DNA from: an uncultured Gammaproteobacteria bacterium
GTDB taxonomy: Bacteria; Patescibacteriota; Patescibacteriia; VMEV01; CAYQCH01
Assembly: GCA_964415935.1 (NCBI GenBank)
Contig: CAYQCH010000001.1
Location: forward strand, 1,144 to 65,143
DNA: 64,000 nucleotides
Direction: 5' to 3'
The position numbers were made by a program, and so were the translations under genes. Positions 18,901-28,864 of this stretch are shown one piece after another. A model generated the notes under the pieces. It was not told the origin of the DNA, ran no database searches, and saw only the letters and a program-made list of their open reading frames with translations. Each line of letters begins with the position of its first letter. Position 1 is the stretch's first letter.

Positions 18901-19860
18901 TTACTGGGCCGCGGCGGTATCGCCCGAAGAGACAGAGAGGCTGTTGGTCATGGTGTCCCAAACCGCCGGGAATCGGAGTGATTTTTCCTGGCCGGCGTCA
19001 TAGTGCATGACAAACATCAGGGCACGTGACCCCGGGCCGCCATCGTCGAATGAAGCAATCACCAGCGTATGATCCTGAGTCTGGACACCGATCCAGCTTG
19101 ATTCATTTCGAAAATTGACATACTGCGTCAAATTGACCGACGGATCCTGCTGCTGCAGCCATTCTGTTACGGAAAGACGGGCCTCATTGTCGTATACCAT
19201 GATACGAAATGATTCGCTGCCCTGGTCAGGCCGGACAATAAACTCGCGTCCATCCGCGGTGCTGCGCGTGGCCGTCCAGGCGAGCGGCACGAGCAACTGG
19301 TAGCCCAAGCTCTCATTACGCGCAATTTTGATTTGCGGCGACACCTCAAGCAACGCGCGCGGCGTGGCTGGGTCATACAAGTTGCGCAACTCCACGCCAT
19401 CCAAAAAGCTATCCTGGTCCGTATCAGGCACGGACGCGCTGGTAAGGAACAGCTGCTCCTCAATGTCCGTCAAGCTGTCCTGGTCAGTATCAACCGCCAC
19501 TGGCAAGACGCCGCTGATGACGGCGGGTAACTGCACGCGCGGCGTGGCCACCGGCTGCTCTTGTACTGGCTGCGGCGCGGCTGGTTGCGCCGGCTGCTGA
19601 GGCTGTTGCTGCGCCGGCTGTTCGATAACCGGAGTTTGCTCGATCGGGGCTTGCGCAACAGGCGTTGTCTGGGGCGCGCGCGTAAAAAAGAGCACCAGAA
19701 CAATGATGACTAATAACGCCACGATGCCCAAAACAATCGCCAATATGGCAGTTGAGGAAAGCTTCTTTTTTTCCTTTGGCACATACGCATCAGGCATGAC
19801 AATCAGGCGGCCTGACAATGCCGATGACGGTGTTTCCTGTGGGGACATCTGGGTGGCCAT
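18901..19860 (-). CDS. Membrane-anchored protein with Pro/Gln-rich linker, TSP3-like Ca-binding repeats and a C-terminal unknown domain
   Basis: Single TM (ILAIVLGIVALLVIIVLVLFF), then a (QP)n linker. Repeats DTDQDSLTD and DTDQDSFLDGVE match the D-x-D-x-D-G/S motif. No family match for the C-terminal ~170 aa. Confidence 0.5.
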   Translation of the reverse strand: MATQMSPQETPSSALSGRLIVMPDAYVPKEKKKLSSTAILAIVLGIVALLVIIVLVLFFTRAPQTTPVAQAPIEQTPVIEQPAQQQPQQPAQPAAPQPVQEQPVATPRVQLPAVISGVLPVAVDTDQDSLTDIEEQLFLTSASVPDTDQDSFLDGVELRNLYDPATPRALLEVSPQIKIARNESLGYQLLVPLAWTATRSTADGREFIVRPDQGSESFRIMVYDNEARLSVTEWLQQQDPSVNLTQYVNFRNESSWIGVQTQDHTLVIASFDDGGPGSRALMFVMHYDAGQEKSLRFPAVWDTMTNSLSVSSGDTAAAQ

Positions 19861-19863
19861 AGG

Positions 19864-20544
19864 TTATGGATTGGTTGGGGCGGCGGGAGGCGCGTCCTGC
19901 GGCTGAGTTTCTTGTTGCCCCAGTTGCTCCTCTTCTGCTCCCGGCAACGTCAAAAGCTTCGCACCGACGGCATTCGGATCATATCCGGAGCGCACTTCCA
20001 TGCCATCGGGGTAGCCGTCATTATCGGAATCCGGATCCAACGGGTCGGTGTTCCACACGCGGATTTCGTCGTAATCCGTGAGGCCGTCATCATCTGAATC
20101 GACAAGCGTCGGGTTGGTACGGTTTTCAGCTTCTTCTTCATCGGAAAGACCATCGCGGTCCGTATCCACCGGCAGTTGCGTTTCAGACGCAGGAGTTTCC
20201 GTCAGAGGGACAACCGGCAATGCCTGGGTGTCCGCCGTTTGCGTCGTCGGCAACTGCGTTACTGGCTGTTGCAGCTGGTTTGCCGCGGGTGCAGGAGTTT
20301 GCCGGCTCAGATAGATGTACACCAGCGCTACGGCAATGACAACAAAACCTAACACCGCGATAACGGCAATGATGATAAGCGTTTTACTGGGCCCGGACGC
20401 CACGACGTCCTCTACAGCAGATGGCGATGGCGGCGAAGACTGGCCAGATTGATTCGGCAGCGAAGGACGAACCAGCTGCGAGGGGGCGGCATCTTGCTCC
20501 GCGCCTTCAAAAATATCTTCCGGTTCTTTTGTGTCTTCAAACAT
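19864..20544 (-). CDS. Membrane-anchored protein with three thrombospondin type-3-like Ca-binding repeats (paralog of the preceding gene)
   Basis: Single TM (LIIIAVIAVLGFVVIAVALVYIYL). Repeats DTDRDGLSDEEE, DSDDDGLTDYDE and DPDSDNDGYPDGME. Pro/Gln/Thr-rich linker and C-terminus. Confidence 0.5.
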   Translation of the reverse strand: MFEDTKEPEDIFEGAEQDAAPSQLVRPSLPNQSGQSSPPSPSAVEDVVASGPSKTLIIIAVIAVLGFVVIAVALVYIYLSRQTPAPAANQLQQPVTQLPTTQTADTQALPVVPLTETPASETQLPVDTDRDGLSDEEEAENRTNPTLVDSDDDGLTDYDEIRVWNTDPLDPDSDNDGYPDGMEVRSGYDPNAVGAKLLTLPGAEEEQLGQQETQPQDAPPAAPTNP

Positions 20545-20553
20545 ACGACAAGG

Positions 20554-21165
20554 TTAAATGGTAGGTTCAGGCAATGCCTCTGGATTTGCAAAGACTTCAT
20601 ACTGATCCAGCAAATCATTGCTATTGCGATCTACATAGAGATCTGACCGCTTTTCAGCCACATGCGCCGCGCATTCTTCGCTCAAATTCTGTATAAAAAT
20701 ATCAGCACATACCGAAGCGGCAATACGCCCTTGTACGGCCTGAAACGACAAGTGCCGCATGATGCATGTTTGGGACTGCGGTCCGGACTGGAGCTGCGCG
20801 CACAAACCCTGTTGTTCAGGGCTGAGCATCGCGACCGTTTGAGCCCACGCTTGCGGATTCGGGGGCAAAGCTACGGCGCCCGGAGCCGACACTTGTTGCG
20901 GCATATTAGAATATAGGTTCAGGCCATCCAGCAATGCGTTCAGCCGCTCTTCAGAAAGACGCGAAACATAGTTAATGGGCTTGAACTGTCGTTTTGTCTG
21001 CTCATCCACGATGTCGGAATAGGTATACAACCCGCTTGCGCGGTCAATCAACAACACCCGTTCTTCGGCATTATACAACTGCTGGCGTCTGGCAAGCGTG
21101 TAAACAAGCCAACCTGATGCCGCAATAGCGAGCAGCACGACGACAAGAATAATTTTCTTATTCAT
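20554..21165 (-). CDS. Hypothetical N-terminally anchored exported protein (203 aa) with 4 Cys
   Basis: N-terminal signal-anchor MNKKIILVVVLLAIAASGWLV. No recognisable domain. Co-directional with a 5-nt gap to the neighbouring gene. Confidence 0.4.
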   Translation of the reverse strand: MNKKIILVVVLLAIAASGWLVYTLARRQQLYNAEERVLLIDRASGLYTYSDIVDEQTKRQFKPINYVSRLSEERLNALLDGLNLYSNMPQQVSAPGAVALPPNPQAWAQTVAMLSPEQQGLCAQLQSGPQSQTCIMRHLSFQAVQGRIAASVCADIFIQNLSEECAAHVAEKRSDLYVDRNSNDLLDQYEVFANPEALPEPTI

Positions 21166-21170
21166 ATTTC

Positions 21171-23801
21171 TTAGAGCGCCTGCAAGAAGTCACACACGCG
21201 ATTATTATCAACATCTACGCATCCTAACACATAGGTCGTATTGCTTGTCGTCGAGGTTTGACCCTGGCTTGGGTCAGTCTTGGTGCTATTTCCTAGCCAC
21301 ACCATAAATCCTTGTCCTTGCTGGAAGTTCACGCGGTAGGTGTCTTGCGGCAAGAGATTGCCGCTGGGATCGCGACGGTCACGCAAGTGTTCGAGGACGA
21401 CAATGCCGCCGTTTGTGTCGATTTCCTTGGCATTCGGAAGGTAGATCCTGCCGCGGGCATACCCGCCGTTCGCCCAGGTTTCATTCGCGACCACTTCGTC
21501 GATAACCGCATCGCTGAGATTCAGTCGATGCATGGCGTTGTCATTGCCGCAATGTTCGCCATGCTTTGGAATAAAGTACGTCTGATACCTTACTTCCTGT
21601 CCGTTATACCGCCCCATCATGAAATGACCGCCGCACCCGCCATGAAACCAGGTTACAGAATCCGTCATCAACGGATATGGCAGTTTATAGTGCGAGGCGT
21701 TATACGGCCATCCCCACGGTGAACCAAACGACTGGCCATTGCGCGTAAAACTTTGTGAAGATGCGCCCGTGCAAGTCATTTGCAATTCCTCGGAAGTGGT
21801 ATCTGCCATGCTCCAACCCCAGGCACCCTTGTTCGCCACACAAAATGATTTGCGAGTATCGGCAACCACAGCATAGCTTGCTGTAACTTTGTTATTGGCC
21901 ACCTGACAGCTCTGGCACAAGCCCGGTGTTTTGGCATCATCGCATTTTTCAGGACCGTTCACCGTGCCGTCACCACAGAAACCAACCTGCCTGCATGCGT
22001 CATACGGCCCCCAGGTACAAAGAGGGTTTTGGGGCGTTGCTTCCTGAACACAGCGACGCAGTTTGTAAAAGTATGTTGGTTCAGGCTCGCAAGGAACGTC
22101 CTGCGTCTGGTTATCGCATGCCTCAAACGGGATATTGCGCGCTCCATCACCACAATACGGGCCACGCACGACATCGATTTTGCAGGAATTGGTGCAGTAG
22201 TTACAGGTTTTTCCGTACGCAGGCACGCAACGCTGTCCGTTCTTGTTGGACTCATCGCATTCTTCTCCCTGGTCAGCCTGAACGATGCCATCACCGCAGC
22301 GGGGGCCAAGCGCTTCCTGCACTTTGCAAACGCTGCTGCAGTAGGTGCAACGCTGCGCATATGCCGCCTGGCATTGCACGCCGTTTTGCTCAGATTCATC
22401 GCACGTCTCCAACCCGTTTATGATGCCGTCCCCGCAGGTTTCAATGGGCTGGCAATCAGTCCAAGGGGCGTATCTGCATGTATTGCGACAAACACGCACA
22501 CGTTGCGTGCGGTAGCCATTGATAAACGTGGAACACAACTGCGTTTCGTTATTCCCGTCGCATTCTTCGTTGAGGCCCTGCTCATTGGGGGTCTGCACCG
22601 TCCCGTCGCCGCAATACGCTACGGAGCGGACTGAACGGCAGTCTGCGGCGCATTCCTGGAACTCATTCACGCCTGATTGGCCGTCGCAAGCTTCGGTTCC
22701 TTCCGTGACATTATTACCGCAGGTTTGAAAATCGCATACGTCGCCGACGCCATCGCCGTCAAGATCTGTCTGATCTGAATTTCCGATCGTCGGACAGTTA
22801 TCTAAATTTCCGCAAACGCCATCGTTGTCCTGGTCGTTGGTGGGGTCATTTGGACAAGTGTCACAGGCGTTTCCCACGCCGTCACTGTCGGAATCAGACT
22901 GATCGGCATTGCTCACCGCCGGACAGTTGTCCACGGCGGCCCCCACCCCGTCCCCGTCAAAATCAGCGGAGTCGGCCGCGCTGAAGTTAAAGCATTGCCC
23001 GGCAGTCTGGTCGGAAAACGATTGCGTGCGCCAGCTGCCTGGTCCCTGATATTCAAAATTTGTAAACAAGTTGTAAGACAACCCGTCGGGATTGACTCGG
23101 TATGCATAGGCATATGCCTCGGGGGGACAGGAAAACTGCCTGTCTTCAACGGACCAGCAGGTCTTGGTATCATACGGGTCTTTGCAACCGATGAATTCAT
23201 TGCGCGGGTCAACGGGCACAGCAACACCGAGCAAATTCCCAAGTGTGGCCTGCCAGGACGGCCATGTGCTGTAGGTAGTGTTGGGTAAATAACTCCCCGC
23301 TTCAAAAACCGGATACTTGCCGGTCTTGACCCGGTACGACTCCAGATATCCCTGAATGTTGTTCAGGTCAGCGGCACGATGCATGTCGCGACGGATCTGC
23401 TCGCGCGTGGTCCTGTCAGTAATGTTCGTATTCAGCCGGAACTGCCTGAGAAATTCATTAAATACGGCCTGAACGGACTCGTCAGCCGTTTCGCTGTAAG
23501 AAATAAGATAAATATTGCTGTACAAGGTGCGAGAGTTGGCGTCGTAATTTGTTGCAGCCACATATACGGAGCGGCCGTCACGAACAGCAGGATATCCGTC
23601 GACTTCAAGCGCCGCGGGATTCCCAGGATTTGGCACGTTCGCGCGATACCATGTCAACGGAGATAGCCTGTCAGGGTTGGGAATAATACGTATGCCAATG
23701 GCCTGCCCGCGCCCAGTGTCTTGCGCCCGCGCAGGAAAACCGACTGCCGAGGCGGCAAACAGGCAGAAAACAATTGCTATGTAATATAGTGACTTTCTCA
23801 T
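21171..23801 (-). CDS. Large secreted cysteine-rich protein: TSP3-type repeats plus at least six Myxococcus-type cysteine-rich repeats (CGDG...EECD)
   Basis: Signal peptide from Met25 (MRKSLYYIAIVFCLFAASAVGFPARAQ). Repeats DSDSDGVGNACDTCPNDPTNDQDNDGVCGNLDNCP...DLDGDGVGDVCD. Six CGDG(x)n(E/T)CD units (e.g. CGDGIVQADQGEECDESNKNG). Cys-rich C-terminal domain. Confidence 0.6.
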   Translation of the reverse strand: MRKSLYYIAIVFCLFAASAVGFPARAQDTGRGQAIGIRIIPNPDRLSPLTWYRANVPNPGNPAALEVDGYPAVRDGRSVYVAATNYDANSRTLYSNIYLISYSETADESVQAVFNEFLRQFRLNTNITDRTTREQIRRDMHRAADLNNIQGYLESYRVKTGKYPVFEAGSYLPNTTYSTWPSWQATLGNLLGVAVPVDPRNEFIGCKDPYDTKTCWSVEDRQFSCPPEAYAYAYRVNPDGLSYNLFTNFEYQGPGSWRTQSFSDQTAGQCFNFSAADSADFDGDGVGAAVDNCPAVSNADQSDSDSDGVGNACDTCPNDPTNDQDNDGVCGNLDNCPTIGNSDQTDLDGDGVGDVCDFQTCGNNVTEGTEACDGQSGVNEFQECAADCRSVRSVAYCGDGTVQTPNEQGLNEECDGNNETQLCSTFINGYRTQRVRVCRNTCRYAPWTDCQPIETCGDGIINGLETCDESEQNGVQCQAAYAQRCTYCSSVCKVQEALGPRCGDGIVQADQGEECDESNKNGQRCVPAYGKTCNYCTNSCKIDVVRGPYCGDGARNIPFEACDNQTQDVPCEPEPTYFYKLRRCVQEATPQNPLCTWGPYDACRQVGFCGDGTVNGPEKCDDAKTPGLCQSCQVANNKVTASYAVVADTRKSFCVANKGAWGWSMADTTSEELQMTCTGASSQSFTRNGQSFGSPWGWPYNASHYKLPYPLMTDSVTWFHGGCGGHFMMGRYNGQEVRYQTYFIPKHGEHCGNDNAMHRLNLSDAVIDEVVANETWANGGYARGRIYLPNAKEIDTNGGIVVLEHLRDRRDPSGNLLPQDTYRVNFQQGQGFMVWLGNSTKTDPSQGQTSTTSNTTYVLGCVDVDNNRVCDFLQAL

Positions 23802-23869
23802 AAGGACACGGGGCGATTCATTGAAATGATACCAATTTCCCAGCCTGCGGTCTCTGTGTATAAAAGACA

Positions 23870-26800
23870 TCATTCAATGATGAACAGTGATTCCTTTAAC
23901 ACGCCCCCGACATTCTGGCCGGTAACGGGGCTGGACAGGGGCGGCAAGTCGTCATCAAACCCCGGCTCGCCGGCATCTCGGCAATAGAAAATGTCGTAAT
24001 TGAATGCCGTGTCGACGTACGGGAAGGACGTGATATCCGGCCACGGATTTTCACACAAGAAGGTTACGACATCCAGTGTGCGTGAAATGGTGCCCTGAGA
24101 CGGGGCCTGGGCGCGCGCCGTTACCGTCACCGTCGCTTCGCCATTCTGTGGATTCGGCGTCATTTCCACCTGCTCCCCCGTTGCAGGATCAAGCGTCAAA
24201 ATGGGGTCGCCTTCCACAGTCCAGGTAAAGTCAGCCGGGACAATGAATCCCGCTCGGTCGCGTCCGGTAGCCAGATAGGCATGCTGGTTCCCTTCTTTAG
24301 TCGCGTTTACGTCTCCCGGGCAGTCGTTTCGAGCGGCGCAGAATGCAACATCCAGGCGGCCGGGCTCACCGGGAGGCGTGATAAGGACATCCACGTAGTC
24401 GAGCTTGCATTCCGCTTTGCCTGTCCTGAACGTCCTGACATCTTCCCCGCTGACCGCAACGTTAAACGAGTTGCGTACTCCTTCGGGAACGTTGTCATCG
24501 AGGTTCAGGTCCCCCACCGTCCGAACGCGGTACTGGCGGTCATCCTGGAGTTTTTGCTTCGGATATACGCGGGCGCTGCTGCCGACGTCCGTATTTGAAA
24601 CGCTGACGCTGGACTCAACGCGGCACCAGTTTTCTCCTTGCGCCTGCGTGGCGGGAATCACCCAGGACAGCGCGCGGGAGGCATAGTATTTTGCTTTTGG
24701 CCACCATGCCGTAGGCGCCACGGAAGGGCATGGGATGCCGCCATTATTGATTTCCAAAATGATGCCGCTGACCAAAGACGCCTGGTTCATGGGCTGGTCA
24801 AACTCTAGCTCTATACCCAGCGTCGTACAGACGGCTTCGGCACCGTTTCGCGGATTGCTACCGATAATCCCAGGGCGCGGATAGCAGCATGAATCGGATC
24901 CGACGCCATGCGACTGGACCGTAGCCGGAGATGGACATTGATTGTCGGTTTGAAAACCGCATTGCACCGTAAAATCTCCTTCACCATTAACCCCCTGGGT
25001 GGAGGCGCGCACCTTTGTGGATCCTTCGCCGCGGCTGGTGGTAATTTGCGCCCAGTCCTTGAAATTCTCTAAAGGCAATACATCTTGCTGGGTAACGGAA
25101 GCAACCTTTGGAACGGATACGCCCCAGACCCAGTCCATGGTATCGCCGCGCAGAATCTGACCATACTGGTTACATGCGTCAGCGGGAGCTACCGGCAACG
25201 CCTGGTAGTTGAATTCTTCCAATATGAGGCTGGATATGGCTGTAGGCGGATCAATAAGCACGTCTTCAATCTGACACTGATTGGGGTCATTTCTGGTGCT
25301 GAATAGCCAGGAATAGCTGTCAATGGTGCCATCCCCGTCGGCGTCGTAGTTTAATCCCGAAAGCGGCAGCCCGCTTGCGCTGCGCATGCCCTTGAGGACG
25401 ACGCGGTACTTGGTGGCGACTTTAAACGCGCTGATATTAGGCAGGAAGTGCAGGGTAAAGCTTGTATTGTTATAGGTCAGGCTGGTTACGCCGATACTGG
25501 CGGTATTGGCGCGCGCGCAGGCCGCGTCTTTACATTCGTGTAATTCCACGTTGGCGTTAGCCGTAACCGAAGCTTCCTGCATTTCTTGATTGAATTTCGC
25601 GCCCAACGCGGCGTTGATGCAAGCGCTTGAGCAATTCGGCCATTTATCCACCACCAAAGGCGGCTCCAAAGAAATACGCAACTGACCGCTGTCTTCCTTG
25701 CTGAACTCCGGAATGGACGCAATGATATCAACCGCCGGGCCAGGATCGGTGGCACCTTTCGCCGTGGCGCGATTTTGGTATGTCCTGGACGTTTCCAGAA
25801 CAGCTTTTGATGTATCCGCGCTCAGCCAGCCCCATGTATAGGCGCTGCCGTCGAGGATATTGCAATTCAAGGCAGTGGCAACGCCCGTATACGCTTGCGT
25901 CGCACCAACTTTTTTCAACGTGGCCGTGGCTGGTGTCACTTCGACATGATCAACAGCACAGGCCCCTTCTCCCGACTGCGTCTTAAACGTCCATCGATAC
26001 GGGTTTTCCATCCTGTTGCCGTTTTCCGCTTCCACGGTATTGGCAATCGTTACCTGGTACCAGGTGTCAGGAACAAACGCCGGTTGAGGCTGGGCGATAA
26101 AGCCTTCGCCCGGCTGATTGGAATTGATGATGACAAAATTACTGAGGCTCACCGTTGTTTGGCAGCTACCGCCATCAAAGGAAGGGCCGGTGTTGCAGCG
26201 GCGCAGCTCAACTGTTCCCGCGTTCAGCGTGGCGTCCTTCATATCATGGGTAAAGCGGGCGGAAACAGCCGCGTTCAAACAAGCATCAACGGTGTCCTTA
26301 AATGGTGACGGGCTTTGCGTGTTGTTTTTGCACGTCGCTTGCTCGATGACGCGCGGGATGCCGCCCAGGTCGTCGCCCGTGCCGAATGTCCAGGAATACG
26401 TACACAACGGCAGGGCCTCGGAACAGGTTCCGGCGGCCTGGCATGCTCCAGAAGAGCAGCATTCAAAGCCTGTTCCGCACGTGTCCGGGCTGCATTGTCC
26501 AACACGGAAGTTCAACCCGTTGCTTAGTTGTCCCGTGGAGGCAATGACTTGTACCAATCCCGTCTGGGCCGTGGGCGGCACGGCTACGCGGATCTGCCCG
26601 TCGTTCCAGGAAACAACGTCCGAAATATCAACGCGCGAATGGAAGCGTACGCCCCCCTTGTTTACGCCGAATCCCTCGCCATACAACACGGTTTCAATGC
26701 CTAGCGGGCCGTTGTCAGGTTCCATGGCGCACAGTCCGGGCAACCGGCCGCCGGCGGTAACGGTAAAGCTGGCCGGATTGCTGCGACCAGCATCTGTTTC

Positions 26801-28864
26801 TAAAAATACTTCGTAAATACCTGGATCCAGGCGCGGGACCCGGAACGCGCGCTGCTCGCCTTTGCGGAAGAAGCGCAAACAGCTGTCCGGCAGTCTGGTG
26901 TCGGCCAGCGTGACTTCACCTGTGCGCGGGTTTAAAAACTTCACAAGCGGCGTGCGCGACAAATTTTCGCCGATGATGGAGAAAATTTGTCCGACCGGGC
27001 CGCGATCCGGAGAAACGGAATCCAGGCGCGGCAACGTAGGCGATGAGGTCACAGACATGAACACCGGATTGCTGGTCAACGGACCTACCTGCACGCGCAC
27101 GGGCACGACACCCTCCGGCAGGGATGGCACGACCACATCGGAAATCTGTTCGTCTGCCCAGGTGCCGATGCGTCCGGCCCTGGCTTGTCCAAAGGAAACA
27201 TCGCCTAGCGTGGCTCCAAAGCCGTTGCCGCGCAGCGTAACCGGCTCTCCAACTTGCTGGCTGCCCGGTTCAACCGCGCATAAACCCGGGCGCCGCGTGT
27301 CGTTGATTTCAAAAATCACGCGTCCACCCTTGTCGTCATCGGTGGTGTCATACAACCCCTCTGCCGTGGTCAGACGAAGCGCGCCTGTGCGAGCGTTGGC
27401 AGGCACCTGCAGCACGACCTGCGTGTTGCTCCAGGCCCCGACGCATGGAAACGCGTCAACCGTTGCATCGTCGTCGTCCGCGCTCAAGCCAAGAAACACA
27501 AGCGTACCGGTTTCTGTTCCGAAATTACGTCCGCGGACGGTAACAAAATTTCCAGGCGCGCCATTGGCCTCAATCACTTCTTCAATCACCGGATAGTCAC
27601 GGCAGAATCCGCCGACACAGAGGCCGGAGGCGCACTGCGAATTTTCCGTACACGCGGCGCCCTGGCAGAGACGGCAGGTCGGGCCGCCGCAATCGACGCC
27701 TTCTTCATCCTCATTCTGCTGGCCGTCAAAACAATAGGCGGGCAAAATTTCCACGGATATTTCCGGGCTCAGCCCGGTCTGTCCCGCTAAATCAACGGCC
27801 GCGGCTGTAATGGCGTGACGGCTCTTTAGCGCAAGATCGATGGTAAGCCAGGTCGCGCTGCCGCGAAATTCAGTAACGACATCGGGACCGGAAGCCGGCG
27901 CCACGCCCACGGACGATCCATCAACAAAAAATTCCAAAAAGGCCACGGCATAGTCGTCCAATGCCAGGGCTTCCAACAACACGGAGCTGTTCTGCCCCAC
28001 CGCCGCGTCATTATATGGCAAAGTCATGCGAGCCGTGGGAGCGATGGTATCGACAGCCTCACCGGTCACAAATCCAAATGCGCACTGCGAAGTTGGCGAC
28101 GGACAACGGAAGGCATCGCCATCGGCGCTGGTCAAAGCGGAACTTATAACCGCTTCATAGGCCACATTCGCGTCAAAGCAGCGGACTTGTTCATTCGGCG
28201 AGGGACAAGCCTGGTTGGGAACGAATATGGCCCGGCTTCCCTTTACCGACCACGATCCGGCTACAGGAGCTGTTTCACCGGTCTTGCGGACATAGGCATT
28301 CTGCTCAATACCGGTCTGCGTGATGTCCTGGTTAAACAGCAGCTGCACCTGGACGTTGCGGATGGGCACCACGCCGGAAGGCAAGGCATCAATGAGCAAC
28401 AACGCGTCGCGCGTGTCCAGGCCGCTTTGTCCGACCGGCTGCGACAAAGGCGCCTGCTGGCTGGCTCGGCGCTGCTGGCTGCGAATGACAACGAAGCTGA
28501 TAAGCAGCAGTACCGCACAGAGCACGAATACAATGCCAAACACCAGCGCCAGGCGGCGGCCGCGCTCCAAAACAAGGATGTCATTGTTCTGGCTGCCATT
28601 TCGCCAAAGCACGATGCCGTAACTCATGCCTGCCAGGCTGAGAATGAGGCCGACGAATGCGGTTAACTGCAATACGCGCCATACCGTACTCGGCTGAGCT
28701 GCTTCCACTGTGGTTTGCGCCACATTTTGCGACGACGCGCCTTCCGTGACCTGAACGGCGTCCTGGGCCAGAGCCGGAATGGCCACAGCAAAGACTGCAC
28801 CCCAGGCAAACAAAGCGGACACAAGCATGGATCGAAAACAGCGCATACTCAAGCTACGGACCAA
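23870..28864 (-). CDS. Giant surface protein (1664 aa): signal peptide plus TrbC/VirB2-like two-helix membrane hairpin, then Ig-like (Big), Cys-knot and IPT/TIG repeat arrays
   Basis: N-terminus: signal peptide (...AIPALAQ), then hydrophobic helix, W-R-N-G-S-Q-N-N loop, hydrophobic helix. Multiple IPT/TIG-like units (PRLDSVSPDRGPVGQIFSIIGENL, LCAVEPGSQQVGEPVTLRGNGFG). Has D..AP-type Big starts. No LPXTG or C-terminal TM. Overlaps or abuts the upstream gene. Confidence 0.6.
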   Translation of the reverse strand: MVRSLSMRCFRSMLVSALFAWGAVFAVAIPALAQDAVQVTEGASSQNVAQTTVEAAQPSTVWRVLQLTAFVGLILSLAGMSYGIVLWRNGSQNNDILVLERGRRLALVFGIVFVLCAVLLLISFVVIRSQQRRASQQAPLSQPVGQSGLDTRDALLLIDALPSGVVPIRNVQVQLLFNQDITQTGIEQNAYVRKTGETAPVAGSWSVKGSRAIFVPNQACPSPNEQVRCFDANVAYEAVISSALTSADGDAFRCPSPTSQCAFGFVTGEAVDTIAPTARMTLPYNDAAVGQNSSVLLEALALDDYAVAFLEFFVDGSSVGVAPASGPDVVTEFRGSATWLTIDLALKSRHAITAAAVDLAGQTGLSPEISVEILPAYCFDGQQNEDEEGVDCGGPTCRLCQGAACTENSQCASGLCVGGFCRDYPVIEEVIEANGAPGNFVTVRGRNFGTETGTLVFLGLSADDDDATVDAFPCVGAWSNTQVVLQVPANARTGALRLTTAEGLYDTTDDDKGGRVIFEINDTRRPGLCAVEPGSQQVGEPVTLRGNGFGATLGDVSFGQARAGRIGTWADEQISDVVVPSLPEGVVPVRVQVGPLTSNPVFMSVTSSPTLPRLDSVSPDRGPVGQIFSIIGENLSRTPLVKFLNPRTGEVTLADTRLPDSCLRFFRKGEQRAFRVPRLDPGIYEVFLETDAGRSNPASFTVTAGGRLPGLCAMEPDNGPLGIETVLYGEGFGVNKGGVRFHSRVDISDVVSWNDGQIRVAVPPTAQTGLVQVIASTGQLSNGLNFRVGQCSPDTCGTGFECCSSGACQAAGTCSEALPLCTYSWTFGTGDDLGGIPRVIEQATCKNNTQSPSPFKDTVDACLNAAVSARFTHDMKDATLNAGTVELRRCNTGPSFDGGSCQTTVSLSNFVIINSNQPGEGFIAQPQPAFVPDTWYQVTIANTVEAENGNRMENPYRWTFKTQSGEGACAVDHVEVTPATATLKKVGATQAYTGVATALNCNILDGSAYTWGWLSADTSKAVLETSRTYQNRATAKGATDPGPAVDIIASIPEFSKEDSGQLRISLEPPLVVDKWPNCSSACINAALGAKFNQEMQEASVTANANVELHECKDAACARANTASIGVTSLTYNNTSFTLHFLPNISAFKVATKYRVVLKGMRSASGLPLSGLNYDADGDGTIDSYSWLFSTRNDPNQCQIEDVLIDPPTAISSLILEEFNYQALPVAPADACNQYGQILRGDTMDWVWGVSVPKVASVTQQDVLPLENFKDWAQITTSRGEGSTKVRASTQGVNGEGDFTVQCGFQTDNQCPSPATVQSHGVGSDSCCYPRPGIIGSNPRNGAEAVCTTLGIELEFDQPMNQASLVSGIILEINNGGIPCPSVAPTAWWPKAKYYASRALSWVIPATQAQGENWCRVESSVSVSNTDVGSSARVYPKQKLQDDRQYRVRTVGDLNLDDNVPEGVRNSFNVAVSGEDVRTFRTGKAECKLDYVDVLITPPGEPGRLDVAFCAARNDCPGDVNATKEGNQHAYLATGRDRAGFIVPADFTWTVEGDPILTLDPATGEQVEMTPNPQNGEATVTVTARAQAPSQGTISRTLDVVTFLCENPWPDITSFPYVDTAFNYDIFYCRDAGEPGFDDDLPPLSSPVTGQNVGGVLKESLFIIE

